Shown: one piece after another, positions 28,375 through 38,823 of the stretch
Layout: each line of letters begins with the position of its first letter
Position numbering within the stretch: position 1 is the first letter of the stretch
Origin: a virus
Virus record (IMG/VR): IMGVR_UViG_3300037418_003024
Location: 30,732-94,731 of that record
DNA length: 64,000 nucleotides
Strand: one strand, 5' to 3'
Translations under genes and position numbers: made by a program
Notes under the pieces: model-generated
What the model was told of the DNA's origin: nothing
Seen by the model: the letters and a program-made list of their open reading frames with translations, nothing else
The model's database searches: none

Positions 28375-28442
28375 AATGTCATCGCAATAGTCGCTTTACT
28401 ACACTTCATGTTCCAACGCCAAACAGAGAGGGGGTGAGAGGA

Positions 28443-28787
28443 ATGGCTAGAGTTGCATCGCTGGTTGGTAAGGAGCTAATCGCCGCCGTTACGGAGTACG
28501 TCGAGGACGGCTTTACTAAGATCGCAAAGCACCATCAGGACCGGAACGTCGAGGACGGCAAGGTCTCTGAAATTACGATCAAGATATCGGTATCCCCGAA
28601 CAACATCCGTCGTACACGCTTCGCGACCGCCGTCGACCACAAGGTCAAGCTTGCCGAGCCGAAGACTGAGAAGTACGCGGGGCGGATCTTCGTCAAGTTC
28701 GATGACAATGGCGAGGTTGAGGATACTTCCGACATGGACCCGGACCAGCTTCGCATGGACCTGGACAGTCGGACGCCGTCGCGGTAG
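28443..28787 (+). CDS. Conserved phage replication-region hypothetical protein
   Basis: EITIKISVSP...KVKLA pattern; paired with the downstream conserved protein. Confidence 0.55.
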   Translation: MARVASLVGKELIAAVTEYVEDGFTKIAKHHQDRNVEDGKVSEITIKISVSPNNIRRTRFATAVDHKVKLAEPKTEKYAGRIFVKFDDNGEVEDTSDMDPDQLRMDLDSRTPSR

Positions 28788-28853
28788 ATCCGCCGGCTTG
28801 CCGCTCATTTCATCTTTTCGCGCACGTTCCTGTTGATTTAAGGAGACCTACCG

Positions 28854-29642
28854 TTGGCCCTACAAACCCTGGACGAGACCGCCGGTCTCGTGAACTCAAT
28901 TACGAAAATCCACCAAACGCCGCCGGCGTCTGTCGACATCTTCGGCAACCGCAAGGCGATCGCCTATAACGGCAACATCGAGATCTACGACGATGATCAT
29001 CTGACGCCACCGACCTCGCTGACCGTTTCGACGCTGACCGGCGTCGTCGATTTTATCAAGACGGAACTTGCGTCCCGTGACACCGACTCCCAGATCGTCG
29101 TTCAGGTTGTGAGCCCGAACGAGGTCCGAGTCGTCGCGCCGATCGTCGGCGACTTCCGGCAGCAGTTCACGTACCTGATATCGAAGGCCGTGCTTCCGAC
29201 AATCACCACTCGCCAATATATGGACGTCGAAGAGTTCATCATCCAGACTCAGTCGATGTTCGCGAAAACCGATGACCAGGAAGGCTTGCTCATGTTCCTG
29301 GGGTCGGTCAAGGTCGAGAAGTCGGTTAACATGGCCGACGACGGCATCGGACAGACCGTCTCGACTAAGGCAGGCGTTGTCCGAGTCGATGTCAATGTGC
29401 CCGTCAAGAACCCTTGGTCGCTCGCGCCGTTCCGCACTTTCCCGGAGGTCGCGCAGCCTGTGTCCCCGTTCATCATCCGAATGGACAAGGACGCGAACGT
29501 TGCACTCTTCGATGCCGACGGTGGCGCGTGGCGAATTGCCGCGATCAAGTCGATCGGCGATTGGCTGCGTGCGGCCCTGGCCGATCAGGAAACGGCGGAG
29601 GGCAGCACTTCTCAACCGCTGGCCGTCAAGGTCATTTCGTAA
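28854..29642 (+). CDS. Conserved phage protein (LAPFRTFPEV / ADGGAW family)
   Basis: STLTGVVDFI, LAPFRTFPEVAQP, ALFDADGGAWR. Confidence 0.7.
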   Translation: MALQTLDETAGLVNSITKIHQTPPASVDIFGNRKAIAYNGNIEIYDDDHLTPPTSLTVSTLTGVVDFIKTELASRDTDSQIVVQVVSPNEVRVVAPIVGDFRQQFTYLISKAVLPTITTRQYMDVEEFIIQTQSMFAKTDDQEGLLMFLGSVKVEKSVNMADDGIGQTVSTKAGVVRVDVNVPVKNPWSLAPFRTFPEVAQPVSPFIIRMDKDANVALFDADGGAWRIAAIKSIGDWLRAALADQETAEGSTSQPLAVKVIS

Positions 29643-29678
29643 GTCCCCTCGGTATGATTCCCCGGCGCGCTTAGTTGG

Positions 29679-30177
29679 GTGCCGGGGACTTCTGGAGGCC
29701 GCAAAGTGCGCGTCGAAGTGACATGGGAGGACATCCAGAACGGCACGCGCCGCGGCACCTACGACAACCCGCTCGCGCTGGCGTTTTCGCGTGCGGTCGG
29801 CGTCCCGGTCTGCGTCTACAACGACCGCTCGAACGGGTGGGTCGCCGAGTACAGACTGCCCGGCGCGGAACTCGCGACGACCTTCGGCGTCAAAGGCGCC
29901 TACGCCGGCAACAATCCGTACCAGCACGAGATGTCCGATGATGATCACGTAGCTCTGGCGGAATGCCTGGGGGGGGGTAAGTGGCATGGTCATTATTAGT
30001 GGCTACCGGTCAGACTTGTACGACAATTTGTACCGATGCGATAGGTGGTTGAGGCTTGATCGTTCCTCACATGCATCTGGGGCGAGTGGTGCCGTTCCGC
30101 GCACAGAGTCCATATGGCTGAATGCCTCAGTTCGTGCAAAGATGCCACAAACAGCGTTATTGGAGGTGGCGGCGTGA
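29679..30177 (+). pseudogene. Hypothetical domain fused to a C-terminal remnant of a Dam-like methylase, split by a G9 frameshift
   Basis: YQHEMSDDDHVALAECL in one frame, then MVIISGYRSDLY...RTESIWLN in another after G9 (29969-29977); no DPPY. Confidence 0.7.
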
Positions 30178-30770
30178 GCCAAACAGCCACCATCACCCAC
30201 CGGCGCATTGTCGACAAAAACGGCGGCGATTTCTACCCTACGCCGACGTGGGCGACACGAGCTCTGCTGGACGTGGAGACGTTTACCGGCACGATATGGG
30301 AGCCGGCGTGCGGCGACGGATCAATGTCGCGCGTGCTTGAGGAAACCGGCTGCTGGGTGACAAGCTCGGACCTGTACGACCGCGGCTACGGAAACATTGG
30401 GGTCGATTTCTTGACCCACCGTCCGCTGTATCCGGACAACATCGTCACGAATCCGCCATTCGAATTCGCCGAGAAGTTCGTTGAGCGCGCCTTGATGCAG
30501 GCGAAACACAAGGTCGCCCTTCTACTCAGGCTGCAGTTTGTCTCGGGCGCCGGGCGACAGCGACGTATCTACGCGCGAATTCCGCCGAGCCGGATATGGG
30601 TCTTCTCCGAGCGCATTACGATGTACCCGAATGGAGTCCAGACCGGCGGCAGCGGAACGACCGATTACGCTTGGTACATCTGGGACGCGAGCAGTAAACC
30701 TGAACCGCTGACCTCGGCCTTCCACTGGATACCGGCAGGCACGCGCGCCAAATACACACAGGAGGGTTGA
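30174..30770 (+). CDS. Small phage DNA amino-methyltransferase
   Basis: DFYPTP, WEPACGDG, IVTNPPF. Confidence 0.85.
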   Translation: MSQTATITHRRIVDKNGGDFYPTPTWATRALLDVETFTGTIWEPACGDGSMSRVLEETGCWVTSSDLYDRGYGNIGVDFLTHRPLYPDNIVTNPPFEFAEKFVERALMQAKHKVALLLRLQFVSGAGRQRRIYARIPPSRIWVFSERITMYPNGVQTGGSGTTDYAWYIWDASSKPEPLTSAFHWIPAGTRAKYTQEG

Positions 30771-31261
30771 TTTTGACGACACCTACCATAGTCTTTCGAT
30801 GCAAAGTGATCGGGAAGCCGGAGCCACAGGGCAGTTCGAAAGGCTTCAACCGAGGGGGCCGGGTGATTATCACCAGTGCCAACAAGAACCTTAAAGGCTG
30901 GCGCAACACTATGGCCGCGACCTTCTTCGAACATGTCGGCGACAACGGCCCTATCTTTGATGGACCCGTCGAAGTGTCCGCCATTTTTCTTATGCCGCGC
31001 ATCGCATCGCTGCCAAAGAGCAAGGAGAAGCCTCACACGGTCAAACCTGACCTAGATAAGTTATTGCGCGGATTGTGTGATTCGCTGACACAGGGCCGTG
31101 TACTGAGAGACGATAGCTTGATCGTGGCGTACGGTCGATTGGAGAAGCGGTATGCGCTCGCGAACGAAGCGCCGGGCGTCGAAGTAGAGGTGAGGGTGGC
31201 GGCGTCGCAAAGCATGCCCTCGACGAACTGCTCGAAGCTGGCGTCGACGTCAAGATCGTGA
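30767..31261 (+). CDS. rusA: RusA-family Holliday junction resolvase
   Basis: GKPEPQGS, KPDLDKLLRGLCDSL, DDSLIV. Confidence 0.9.
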   Translation: MILTTPTIVFRCKVIGKPEPQGSSKGFNRGGRVIITSANKNLKGWRNTMAATFFEHVGDNGPIFDGPVEVSAIFLMPRIASLPKSKEKPHTVKPDLDKLLRGLCDSLTQGRVLRDDSLIVAYGRLEKRYALANEAPGVEVEVRVAASQSMPSTNCSKLASTSRS

Positions 31262-31292
31262 CGGGCGAAACGGAGAAGGTTGGTGACGAGGA

Positions 31293-31859
31293 ATGAGCAT
31301 CTACACCTTCGGTTATCGCGGTCAGCGCGTTCGCGATATCGACTGGCTCACCGGTCGGTACGACGCCAAGCTCATCGACATTCGCATGTCGGCGACGTCC
31401 AGCCGTCCTGAGTGGAACGGGGCGTCCCTGCACGCTACCCTCGGCGATCGATACATCCACATCCCAGAGTTCGGCAATCGGAACTACGCCAACGGCGGCC
31501 CGATCGAAATTGCCGACGTCGACGCCGGCATGGAGGCGATCAACCGCTGGAAACTCTTCGCGGCGTCTGGATCAGCCTCAATCATCCTTATGTGTGGATG
31601 TCGCGAACTGGAAGGCTGCCACCGTCGCGTAGTAGCCGATGAGATCATGGAACGTTGGTCGATACCATCGTCGGAACTACGGTTCACCTGGACGAAGAAC
31701 GCACCGAGTCAATGCCCAGTTTGCCGCGGCACGTATTGGAAAGGCACCACGCAGGCGACCGCTGTTCCGGATACTCCGCTACAGGTCGGGATCTGCGGTC
31801 ACGTCTTCATATGGCGGCCGTCGACGGTCACTAAGGAGGTCGAACATGGGCAAGGATAG
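31293..31859 (+). CDS. DUF488-family protein with C-terminal Zn ribbon
   Basis: IYTFGY, LIDIR, LMCGC...CHR. Confidence 0.75.
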   Translation: MSIYTFGYRGQRVRDIDWLTGRYDAKLIDIRMSATSSRPEWNGASLHATLGDRYIHIPEFGNRNYANGGPIEIADVDAGMEAINRWKLFAASGSASIILMCGCRELEGCHRRVVADEIMERWSIPSSELRFTWTKNAPSQCPVCRGTYWKGTTQATAVPDTPLQVGICGHVFIWRPSTVTKEVEHGQG

Positions 31860-32967
31860 CCAAATCGAATGGTGTCACCACACCTTCAATCCATGGTGGG
31901 GCTGTACTAAGGTTTCCGACGGCTGTAAGTTCTGCTACGCCGATTTGCTGGCTAATCGTTGGGGGCACGATGTGTGGGGCCCGAAGGCGATGCGCCGCAA
32001 GATGGCCGATGCGTATTGGAAGCAACCGTTCGCGTGGGACCGCGCGGCGGCAGCTGCCGGCGAACGCCATCGCGTCTTCTGCGCGTCGATGGCCGACGTT
32101 TTCGAGGGGCCGGAAACCTGCCAGGATGCCGACGCATACGCGATGATCGAGCGGGAACGGTTGCGACTATTCGATATGATCCGCCAGACGCCTAACCTCG
32201 ACTGGTTACTGCTGACCAAGCGGCCCGAGAATGTCAATGGTCAAGTCTGTGATTGCCGCGACATTGCCGAACGACGTAATCCTCTAGACGAAAGTCAACA
32301 GTCCGCAGACCTGAGAAGCCTTGCGCACATGTTAAACCAGTGGGCAAACGGGAAGCCACCCGCCAACGTCTGGCTAGGCACATCTGTCGAGAACCAGAAA
32401 GCGGCCGACGAACGCATTCCCGAACTCTTGAAAATCCCGGCCGTCGTACGGTTCCTATCGTGTGAGCCGTTGCTTGGGGCCGTCGATCTTACGGTCTTGC
32501 GCAAATACAACAAAGCTCGGCTTCCATGGATTGATGCATTGCGGGGCCACACGACTAAGGGCCGTTTACCGATATCGCCCGACCACTGCGGAATTAGCAT
32601 CACAGTGGCTCGCACTCTACCGAAGATCGATTGGGTGATCATCGGTGGAGAGTCCGGCCATAGTGCACGTCCGATGCATGTTGATTGGGTGCGTTCCCTT
32701 CGAGATCAGTGCGTCGAGGCGGACGTACCCGTGTTCTTCAAGCAATGGGGCTGCTGGATACCGCAGTCTCAACTTGACCCGTCTATCCTCGTCGGTAAAA
32801 GCCAAATACTCGATTATGATGGCACACTTCGACCGACATCGACGGCTAACGACCCGGTCGACGATCCGTCGCACGTCGCATGCGTCGTCTACCCAGTAAG
32901 CAAGAAGACTGCAGGGCGCGTGCTTGACGGCCGCACATGGGACCAGTTTCCGGAGGTGGCGGCGTGA
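31846..32967 (+). CDS. DUF5131 / phage Gp37Gp68-family radical-SAM-like protein
   Basis: IEWCHHTFNPWWGCTKVSDGCKFCYA, LLTKRP, FLSCEPLL, WVIIGGESG, FFKQWG. Confidence 0.92.
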   Translation: MGKDSQIEWCHHTFNPWWGCTKVSDGCKFCYADLLANRWGHDVWGPKAMRRKMADAYWKQPFAWDRAAAAAGERHRVFCASMADVFEGPETCQDADAYAMIERERLRLFDMIRQTPNLDWLLLTKRPENVNGQVCDCRDIAERRNPLDESQQSADLRSLAHMLNQWANGKPPANVWLGTSVENQKAADERIPELLKIPAVVRFLSCEPLLGAVDLTVLRKYNKARLPWIDALRGHTTKGRLPISPDHCGISITVARTLPKIDWVIIGGESGHSARPMHVDWVRSLRDQCVEADVPVFFKQWGCWIPQSQLDPSILVGKSQILDYDGTLRPTSTANDPVDDPSHVACVVYPVSKKTAGRVLDGRTWDQFPEVAA

Positions 32968-33566
32968 CCAAGATCCTCACCATGAACCCCGCTATCAAGC
33001 CAGGGCACGTACCCGCGCTGGGCCTGTGGCAGCCGTGGGCGTCTCTGGCCACGTGGCGCGACTTGGATAACGAACACGAGGCAGTCGGCGTGAAGGCTCA
33101 TGAGACGCGCCATTGGCGCACTGATTACCGTGGCCCCGTCATTATCCAAGCAACGATCAAGTGGAACACCGATCTCGCCCAGATGTGTGTTGAGGATCCG
33201 TTTCGATCGGTGATTGAGCGCTATCTGTCCTTGGATCCAGGCACCCTCACGCGTTCGAACATCTATCACGGGCTCAAGACACAACTCCCGTTCGGCGCCC
33301 TGGTCGGCTACGCGACGGTCGTCGACTGTTTGTCGACAGACGACGACTGCTTCACCGACTGGGACTTCCTGTACTCGAACGACCATTGCTTTGGCGACTT
33401 CGACCCGGGACGCTTTGCGTGGCGGCTCCGCGACCCTGTGCGCTTCGAAACTCCGATCCCGTACAAGGGCGGGCAGGGGTGGTTTAACGTGCCGCTTGAC
33501 ATTCTGCCAGCTGAACACGCGAGCGCGCTACGCTCTTTGATCGGAGGGCTCATTGGACGACACTGA
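32964..33566 (+). CDS. ASCH-domain protein
   Basis: LWQPWASL..K..ETRHW.T.YRGP; FGDF.PGRFAW; KGGQG. Confidence 0.85.
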   Translation: MTKILTMNPAIKPGHVPALGLWQPWASLATWRDLDNEHEAVGVKAHETRHWRTDYRGPVIIQATIKWNTDLAQMCVEDPFRSVIERYLSLDPGTLTRSNIYHGLKTQLPFGALVGYATVVDCLSTDDDCFTDWDFLYSNDHCFGDFDPGRFAWRLRDPVRFETPIPYKGGQGWFNVPLDILPAEHASALRSLIGGLIGRH

Positions 33567-34183
33567 CTTCCGTCTCACGAATCGGATAATCGGCCGCCTC
33601 GTAAACGAGATGACAGAACCTCTTCCGCCTATGGTGACGCATGAGGAGTTCTTCAACCTGGTGCTGCCCGTAGTGACGCTCTGCACGTCGATTGCTTACC
33701 GTGAAATCGTTCAACCGTACTACCAGGGCGCGAAGCTCATCACCGGCATTGAGCCCGACCACGAAGCGCCGTTGCCGGCCGATGTCGAGGACGGCTTCGT
33801 CAATCGCGTCGCCGACCTTGTAGTGCCGATCGTGCGCGACATGTGCCTAGTCGAGAATTGGGTCAAGGACGCGACAGGCTGGAGCTGTATCGTTCGCGTA
33901 ACCGACATCAAGGCGCAAGAGACAGCCAGCAAAATGTGGTTCGAGCGAGGACGCCATGGAAGTTAATCACCGCGCGGAGAACCGTATCGCGGCCGTCCGC
34001 AAGGCTCGCATAGCGATCGACTGCGCCACCACTGTCGTTGAGACCAGGCGCGCCGGGCTCTTCGACTCGACCCCGGAAATCGACGCGCTCGCCGACGTCT
34101 ACGAACAGTTCATCGCGCACGCCGAACCACTCGTCGCGGCAGCAGAAGACGCCTTAGAGATAGCGCGTAAACGGGCTTCATGA
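33553..34183 (+). CDS. Two hypothetical proteins (33553-33966, 33956-34183)
   Basis: Coupled ORFs with RBSs. Confidence 0.5.
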
Positions 34184-34283
34184 CGTCATGAAGTTAGTAC
34201 TAGCTTCGACGATATATCGTCAGGAGTTCGTGTCTACCTTCAAAGTGTACAACTCTGTACAGTCCTGCAATGGAGTTGATGAT

Positions 34284-34691
34284 ATGTCTGAACTACTGCG
34301 AGCGCAGCAAATTGCGTCAGCGCTTGGGGTCACCACAAACCGCGTCTACGATCTTGCGCGCGAGAACAAAATCCCTCACGTTCGCATCGGGAAGTCAATT
34401 AGGTTTCCTCGTGATATGTGGGAGGAGTGGGTTCGTAATCTTGCGGCACAACTACCGAAACCTCTTACCGTTGAGCAACAAAATCAACTCGAACTAATCG
34501 CGATTAGTGCACTTGAATTGCTTCAATACGAGGATGAGTTGCCGGTCAAATCTCCGCACTCGCGAGAAAAGCAGCGTGAAATCGTTTTTCGAAACTTGCG
34601 ATCATACGTGTCGTGTTATTTCCCTACTTCTTTTGACGCGTCTGGACGCACTGTTCTGCCATCATCGGCTACGCCGAACACCAAACCTTAA
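34284..34691 (+). CDS. Excisionase-like HTH_17 protein
   Basis: LGVTTNRVYDLARENKIPHVRIGKSIRF. Confidence 0.8.
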   Translation: MSELLRAQQIASALGVTTNRVYDLARENKIPHVRIGKSIRFPRDMWEEWVRNLAAQLPKPLTVEQQNQLELIAISALELLQYEDELPVKSPHSREKQREIVFRNLRSYVSCYFPTSFDASGRTVLPSSATPNTKP

Positions 34692-34712
34692 CGAACGGCA
34701 GGCATTTAATTT

Positions 34713-36791
34713 ATGTCGGTACCATCGATCGACAAAGATGCCGTCGTAGACCGGCTACGGGGGCGATATCTCGCGTTTTATGAGAGCTTTGGACTTGAGT
34801 TCAACCGTGATAATCGCACCAGTTGTCCCATCCACAAAGGCGACGGTCAAAACTTTTCCGTCAATCCGGAAACGGGTGAGTGGTTCTGCCATTCAGCCTG
34901 TAAAGCTGGCGGGGACGTATTTGCTTTCGTTGAGCGGCTTGAAGGAATCAAGTTTGCAGACGCCTTGGCTCGTGTTGCTGATTGGGCTGGAGTAGTACCA
35001 ACTGCGCCAGTGACGCCGGCGCACACCTCGAAACAACCTCCGAAAGTCGCCTGCCGTTACGACTATCACGATGAAGACGGGACGCTACTGTTTCAAGTTG
35101 AGCGAATCGACACGCCGACCGGTAAGACGTTCCGCCAACGTCGCCCAAACGGTAAGGGCGGCTGGGTCTATAACCTTGAAGGCGTAAGGAGAGTTATTTA
35201 CCGGCTGCCGCAAGTTGTGGCCGCGATCAAGGCCAACAAGACCGTATACGTCGTCGAGGGCGAGAAGGACGTTGAGAACCTTGAGGCGCTTGGCATAACA
35301 GCCACGACGAATGCCATGGGGGCTGAGAAGTGGCTCGACGAATACGGTGAGTTCTTCGTCGGCGCCAAAGTCATTATCGTGCCCGACAACGATAAGCCGG
35401 GACGATCTCACGCGCGCATTGTTGCGGCATCGCTTTATAAGCGCACCCGTCGCATTCGAATCGTCGAACTCCCGGAACTTTCCGAAAAAGGCGATGTTTC
35501 CGACTGGCTCGCGGCCGGCCACTCAAAGGCGGAATTGTATCAGCTTGCCTCAGCCACGCCGAATTGGACCCCGGCAGTCGATGTTTCTTCATCGCCGTCG
35601 GATGTCGCGGCGTTCGTTAAACAATATATACGCGATTACGAAAACGATGAACCAATCGAAATCCAGCGAACGATTGCAAAGGCCGTCTACGATGCCGTAG
35701 CGGAACCGCAGGAAAAAGAGATATCGATCATGCGATTGGACACGTTTTCGGACATCGCCGAAGACGCTGCTCCAGCAGTTGCCGAAGGGTTGCTCACCCA
35801 GCACGACCTCATATTGCTCACCGGCAAACCCAAGAGCGGGAAGTCGTTTCTCATTCTACAGATATTGGATGACATCTGCCGCGGGCGACCGCTGTTCGGA
35901 CAATACACGGTCGCCCGAGAGGGGCCTGTCGTTTATCTGGGCATGGAAGATAACCCGAACGAAATCACCCGGCGCTGTCGTAAGCGCGGGATGATTGGAG
36001 AAAATCTCCCGTTCTACCTGATCAATGGGCGTATTCAACTTGGGTCCGCCGACGGCATTATGCAACTTGAGGCCATGATCGCCAAAGCGAACTTGCCCGG
36101 GTCCCCTGTTACATTGGTGGTCGACACAGCCCGAATTGGAATGGGCATCGACGATTGGAACGATTCAGGTGAAGTGACACGTCGAATGATGCCACTACTT
36201 GAGTTCGCTCGGCGTACATGCCTGGTAATCGTCGTCGCTCACAACCGCAAGGCCGCCGGCAATGGCGGTGATGTCATTAGTGGATCGAATGCTCTCCAAT
36301 CAATTAGCGACGGTTACATGATCATGGGGGACAAGAAAGCACTCGACAACGGCGACATGGAAGTCGATCTCTATGTTGAGACGCGCACCGCACCGTCCCG
36401 AACTATCACGTTGAGGATGGACACGCATACGCTGGCAATTCGGAGTCTGACACCCGACGAGGAGGTCACACGGGCCGCCCAGGAGCAGTCTGACCGCGAG
36501 TATGAGGCGATGCGTAAAATCGCCCTCGCCATCGACAAGCTACAGCGAGAAAAACCGCATTCGCAAGGTTACTCGGCGGCGGCGATCGCAAAAGCCTCCA
36601 ACATCTCGAAACCGACAGCGCGGAAGTATCTTCAAAAGATGCTCGAGAGTAAATATATACGAGAAACCGGCTTCTTCGCCGACGGCGAACGTGGACCGGA
36701 TGCATGCAGCTACCGACTAACGACCGAGGGAGGAGTACGGTACTTGTTTGGTGAGACCGACCCTGACAACCAGGTCGGAAACACCTTTTGA
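34713..36791 (+). CDS. Primase-helicase (CHC2 zinc finger + TOPRIM + AAA_25 + C-terminal HTH)
   Basis: CPIH..WFCHSAC..GGD; VVEGEKDV; PDNDKPG; GDVSDW; GKPKSGKS; VVDT; AHNRK. Confidence 0.92.
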   Translation: MSVPSIDKDAVVDRLRGRYLAFYESFGLEFNRDNRTSCPIHKGDGQNFSVNPETGEWFCHSACKAGGDVFAFVERLEGIKFADALARVADWAGVVPTAPVTPAHTSKQPPKVACRYDYHDEDGTLLFQVERIDTPTGKTFRQRRPNGKGGWVYNLEGVRRVIYRLPQVVAAIKANKTVYVVEGEKDVENLEALGITATTNAMGAEKWLDEYGEFFVGAKVIIVPDNDKPGRSHARIVAASLYKRTRRIRIVELPELSEKGDVSDWLAAGHSKAELYQLASATPNWTPAVDVSSSPSDVAAFVKQYIRDYENDEPIEIQRTIAKAVYDAVAEPQEKEISIMRLDTFSDIAEDAAPAVAEGLLTQHDLILLTGKPKSGKSFLILQILDDICRGRPLFGQYTVAREGPVVYLGMEDNPNEITRRCRKRGMIGENLPFYLINGRIQLGSADGIMQLEAMIAKANLPGSPVTLVVDTARIGMGIDDWNDSGEVTRRMMPLLEFARRTCLVIVVAHNRKAAGNGGDVISGSNALQSISDGYMIMGDKKALDNGDMEVDLYVETRTAPSRTITLRMDTHTLAIRSLTPDEEVTRAAQEQSDREYEAMRKIALAIDKLQREKPHSQGYSAAAIAKASNISKPTARKYLQKMLESKYIRETGFFADGERGPDACSYRLTTEGGVRYLFGETDPDNQVGNTF

Positions 36792-36792
36792 T

Positions 36793-37026
36793 AAACTGGT
36801 AATTTTCTAGTAATTTTCCAGTTTTGGGCGTAAGCCAGCAGAAACTGGAAACTGGAAAAACTGGAAAACTATATAGTGTTATTTTCCAGTTTTCCAGTTT
36901 TTTTCTCTGAAACGGGCTGTGGACCCTTCGTGTCCACCCGCAGCCTGTTTTCTGGAAAAACATATTGAATCTCTATAAGATTTTCCAGTTTTCCAGTTTT
37001 TTCGGGTGAGGCACTTTTCCAGTTTC
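36793..37026. repeat. Iteron-like cluster, probable replication origin
   Basis: About 10 direct and inverted copies of TTTTCCAG/CTGGAAA in AT-rich DNA directly after the primase-helicase. Confidence 0.75.
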
Positions 37027-37080
37027 GTATTGCCGATAAGGCGGCTGCTAAGGCCGCTTACTACCATGTGAGGGTGATTT

Positions 37081-37728
37081 ATGCGCGTGAAGACAGAGAA
37101 GATCGAGGGCACCTATGACCCGGAGAATCGATCGGGGAAGGGGCGCCATCTCGGTTCCAAGGGCAAGGCCAAGCTTGTCGAGTACATCTTGCAGGGCTAC
37201 AGCAACCGCCAGATCAACCTACTGCTCGTCCAGGACCGGGTACTGATCGAGGGCGATAGCATCTCCCATGCGACGTTCGCTCGCTACCGCAAACTGCCGG
37301 AGGCCCAATTCGATGCCGCGAAGCTCACCGACGAGGCCGTGGCCGTTGGAATGACAAAGGTGTCTCAAATTATCGTCGGGCAGGCCGAGATCTGGGACCG
37401 GGTGTTCGGCGAGATCATGAACAGCGACATCGACGATATCGCCGCATCTCGACTGGCAGCCTACGCTACCCTGCTCAAGAACGCGGCGGAAACCATCCTC
37501 GGTGTCTTTGCGCCCGACCTGAGCGACCGTGTCAAAGAGCACATCGAACGGCTCCGACAGCAGGCGAAGGAGGCGACCGCCGAACGGAACGATACCCGGC
37601 AGCACCTCGCCCATGTCGTATCGCTGATCAGCCGGCACTTGAAGGGCGAAATCAGCCGGGATCAGGCCGAGGTGATGATCGGCGAGTTCGCGGTGAACAC
37701 CAATCCGCAAGGTGAAACTCAGCAATAA
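37081..37728 (+). CDS. Helical protein, possible terminase small subunit
   Basis: N-terminal HTH-like region, helical C-terminus; upstream of the packaging region. Confidence 0.4.
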   Translation: MRVKTEKIEGTYDPENRSGKGRHLGSKGKAKLVEYILQGYSNRQINLLLVQDRVLIEGDSISHATFARYRKLPEAQFDAAKLTDEAVAVGMTKVSQIIVGQAEIWDRVFGEIMNSDIDDIAASRLAAYATLLKNAAETILGVFAPDLSDRVKEHIERLRQQAKEATAERNDTRQHLAHVVSLISRHLKGEISRDQAEVMIGEFAVNTNPQGETQQ

Positions 37729-37978
37729 GATTGACCGCAGACTCGTGACGCGCTTGCGTGAGTCGGCAGTTGGTATCAATTGGGCGCTGAACGCGTCCTA
37801 CGGCCCTCCACGGGGCAGGAATCGGCAAAATCACAAGGGGGCAAGGAATGCAGATTAATTACACAGGGATTAGAATGCCCGGTATAGAGTTGATTGCCGA
37901 GGAGCGGCAACGACAGGTGACGGCTCCGCCCTAATAAATTAGGGGGCTTCTCGAAGAGGCCCCCTGCCTCGATCGGCG

Positions 37979-38308
37979 TTAAATGCCTGTTTGTCGGGCT
38001 ATGTACTGTTTGACAATGTCGCTGCTGCGTGTCCAGAGAGACGGCAGCCGCCGAAGGTGCGGAAACTCTTGACGCAGAACACGACTGCTATAACCTTTGA
38101 CCATCTGCACAATCTTGGTGCCGCTGATGTCGGGCGTCACCTGCACAAACAGGTGCACGTGGTCGGGCATAACTTCCATCGCTCCTACCGTGCCACCGAG
38201 AGCGGTTACGCGCTCGATCAGCAATTCGTTGAGGCGGGCGCGAACGGGTCCAACGATCGTGTAAACGCGGTGTCCCTGGTGCGTGTGCTTGGATCGACGG
38301 TTGACCAT
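37979..38308 (-). pseudogene. tnpA: IS200-type HUH (Y1) transposase, internally deleted
   Basis: MPDHVHLF, KGYSSR, LWTRS, YIARQ present; YHxVWxxKYR and YFxxTVG segments missing. Confidence 0.8.
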
Positions 38309-38503
38309 TTAAACTATCAATCCTTTCCGAAAGGCATCGGTCAAGAGTTGCGCGGCGAACTTGTTGCCGCCGTTGACCTTGATCCAATCGTAAACACTGG
38401 TTTCGACGTAGACCTCAAGGCGCGATTTCTTGATTTCGGGGGGCAGTTCTTTTCGTCCCGCCCCCTCTCGCTTGCCACCGCGCCCTTTCTTGGGCTTGTC
38501 CAT
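38309..38503 (-). CDS. Small basic DNA-binding-like protein
   Basis: GRGGKREGAGRK followed by strand-helix-helix-like pattern. Confidence 0.65.
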   Translation of the reverse strand: MDKPKKGRGGKREGAGRKELPPEIKKSRLEVYVETSVYDWIKVNGGNKFAAQLLTDAFRKGLIV

Positions 38504-38506
38504 TGG

Positions 38507-38788
38507 CTACTCCTCGTAAGCAACAAAGTAGCGCTTGGTGCCGTCCTCGTCCTCGCCAGAGTAGACCGTGCCGCGCTGATCGTAGATCAAACCGTCAATC
38601 GAGTTATCGACCGCAAGGTGCATGCCGTGTTCGGCTTCGAAACCAAGCCAATCGTTAATATCAGCCGTGTCAACTTCGGGCTGACCTTCCTCAAATTCAC
38701 CGTACTCGGTACCGAATGTAGTCCACTCACTCGTTTCGTACATACCAAAACCGGAGGACGCTTCTTTAACCTGTGCATACTTGACCAT
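38507..38788 (-). CDS. 93-aa acidic hypothetical protein
   Basis: AGGAG RBS; 22 D/E versus 5 K/R. Confidence 0.7.
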   Translation of the reverse strand: MVKYAQVKEASSGFGMYETSEWTTFGTEYGEFEEGQPEVDTADINDWLGFEAEHGMHLAVDNSIDGLIYDQRGTVYSGEDEDGTKRYFVAYEE

Positions 38789-38823
38789 CTTCTTAATCTC
38801 CTGTCGTCGTTTGTTTCTTACAC

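Noticed and set aside
30162-32967. Repeated GGAGGTGGCGGCGTGA gene ends (EVAA*)
   Set aside because: Explained by a Shine-Dalgarno plus GTGA translational coupling, common in phage operons
36793-37026. CRISPR array
   Set aside because: Repeats are 8-10 nt, in mixed orientation, with no regular spacers; no cas genes or arrays seen in the window
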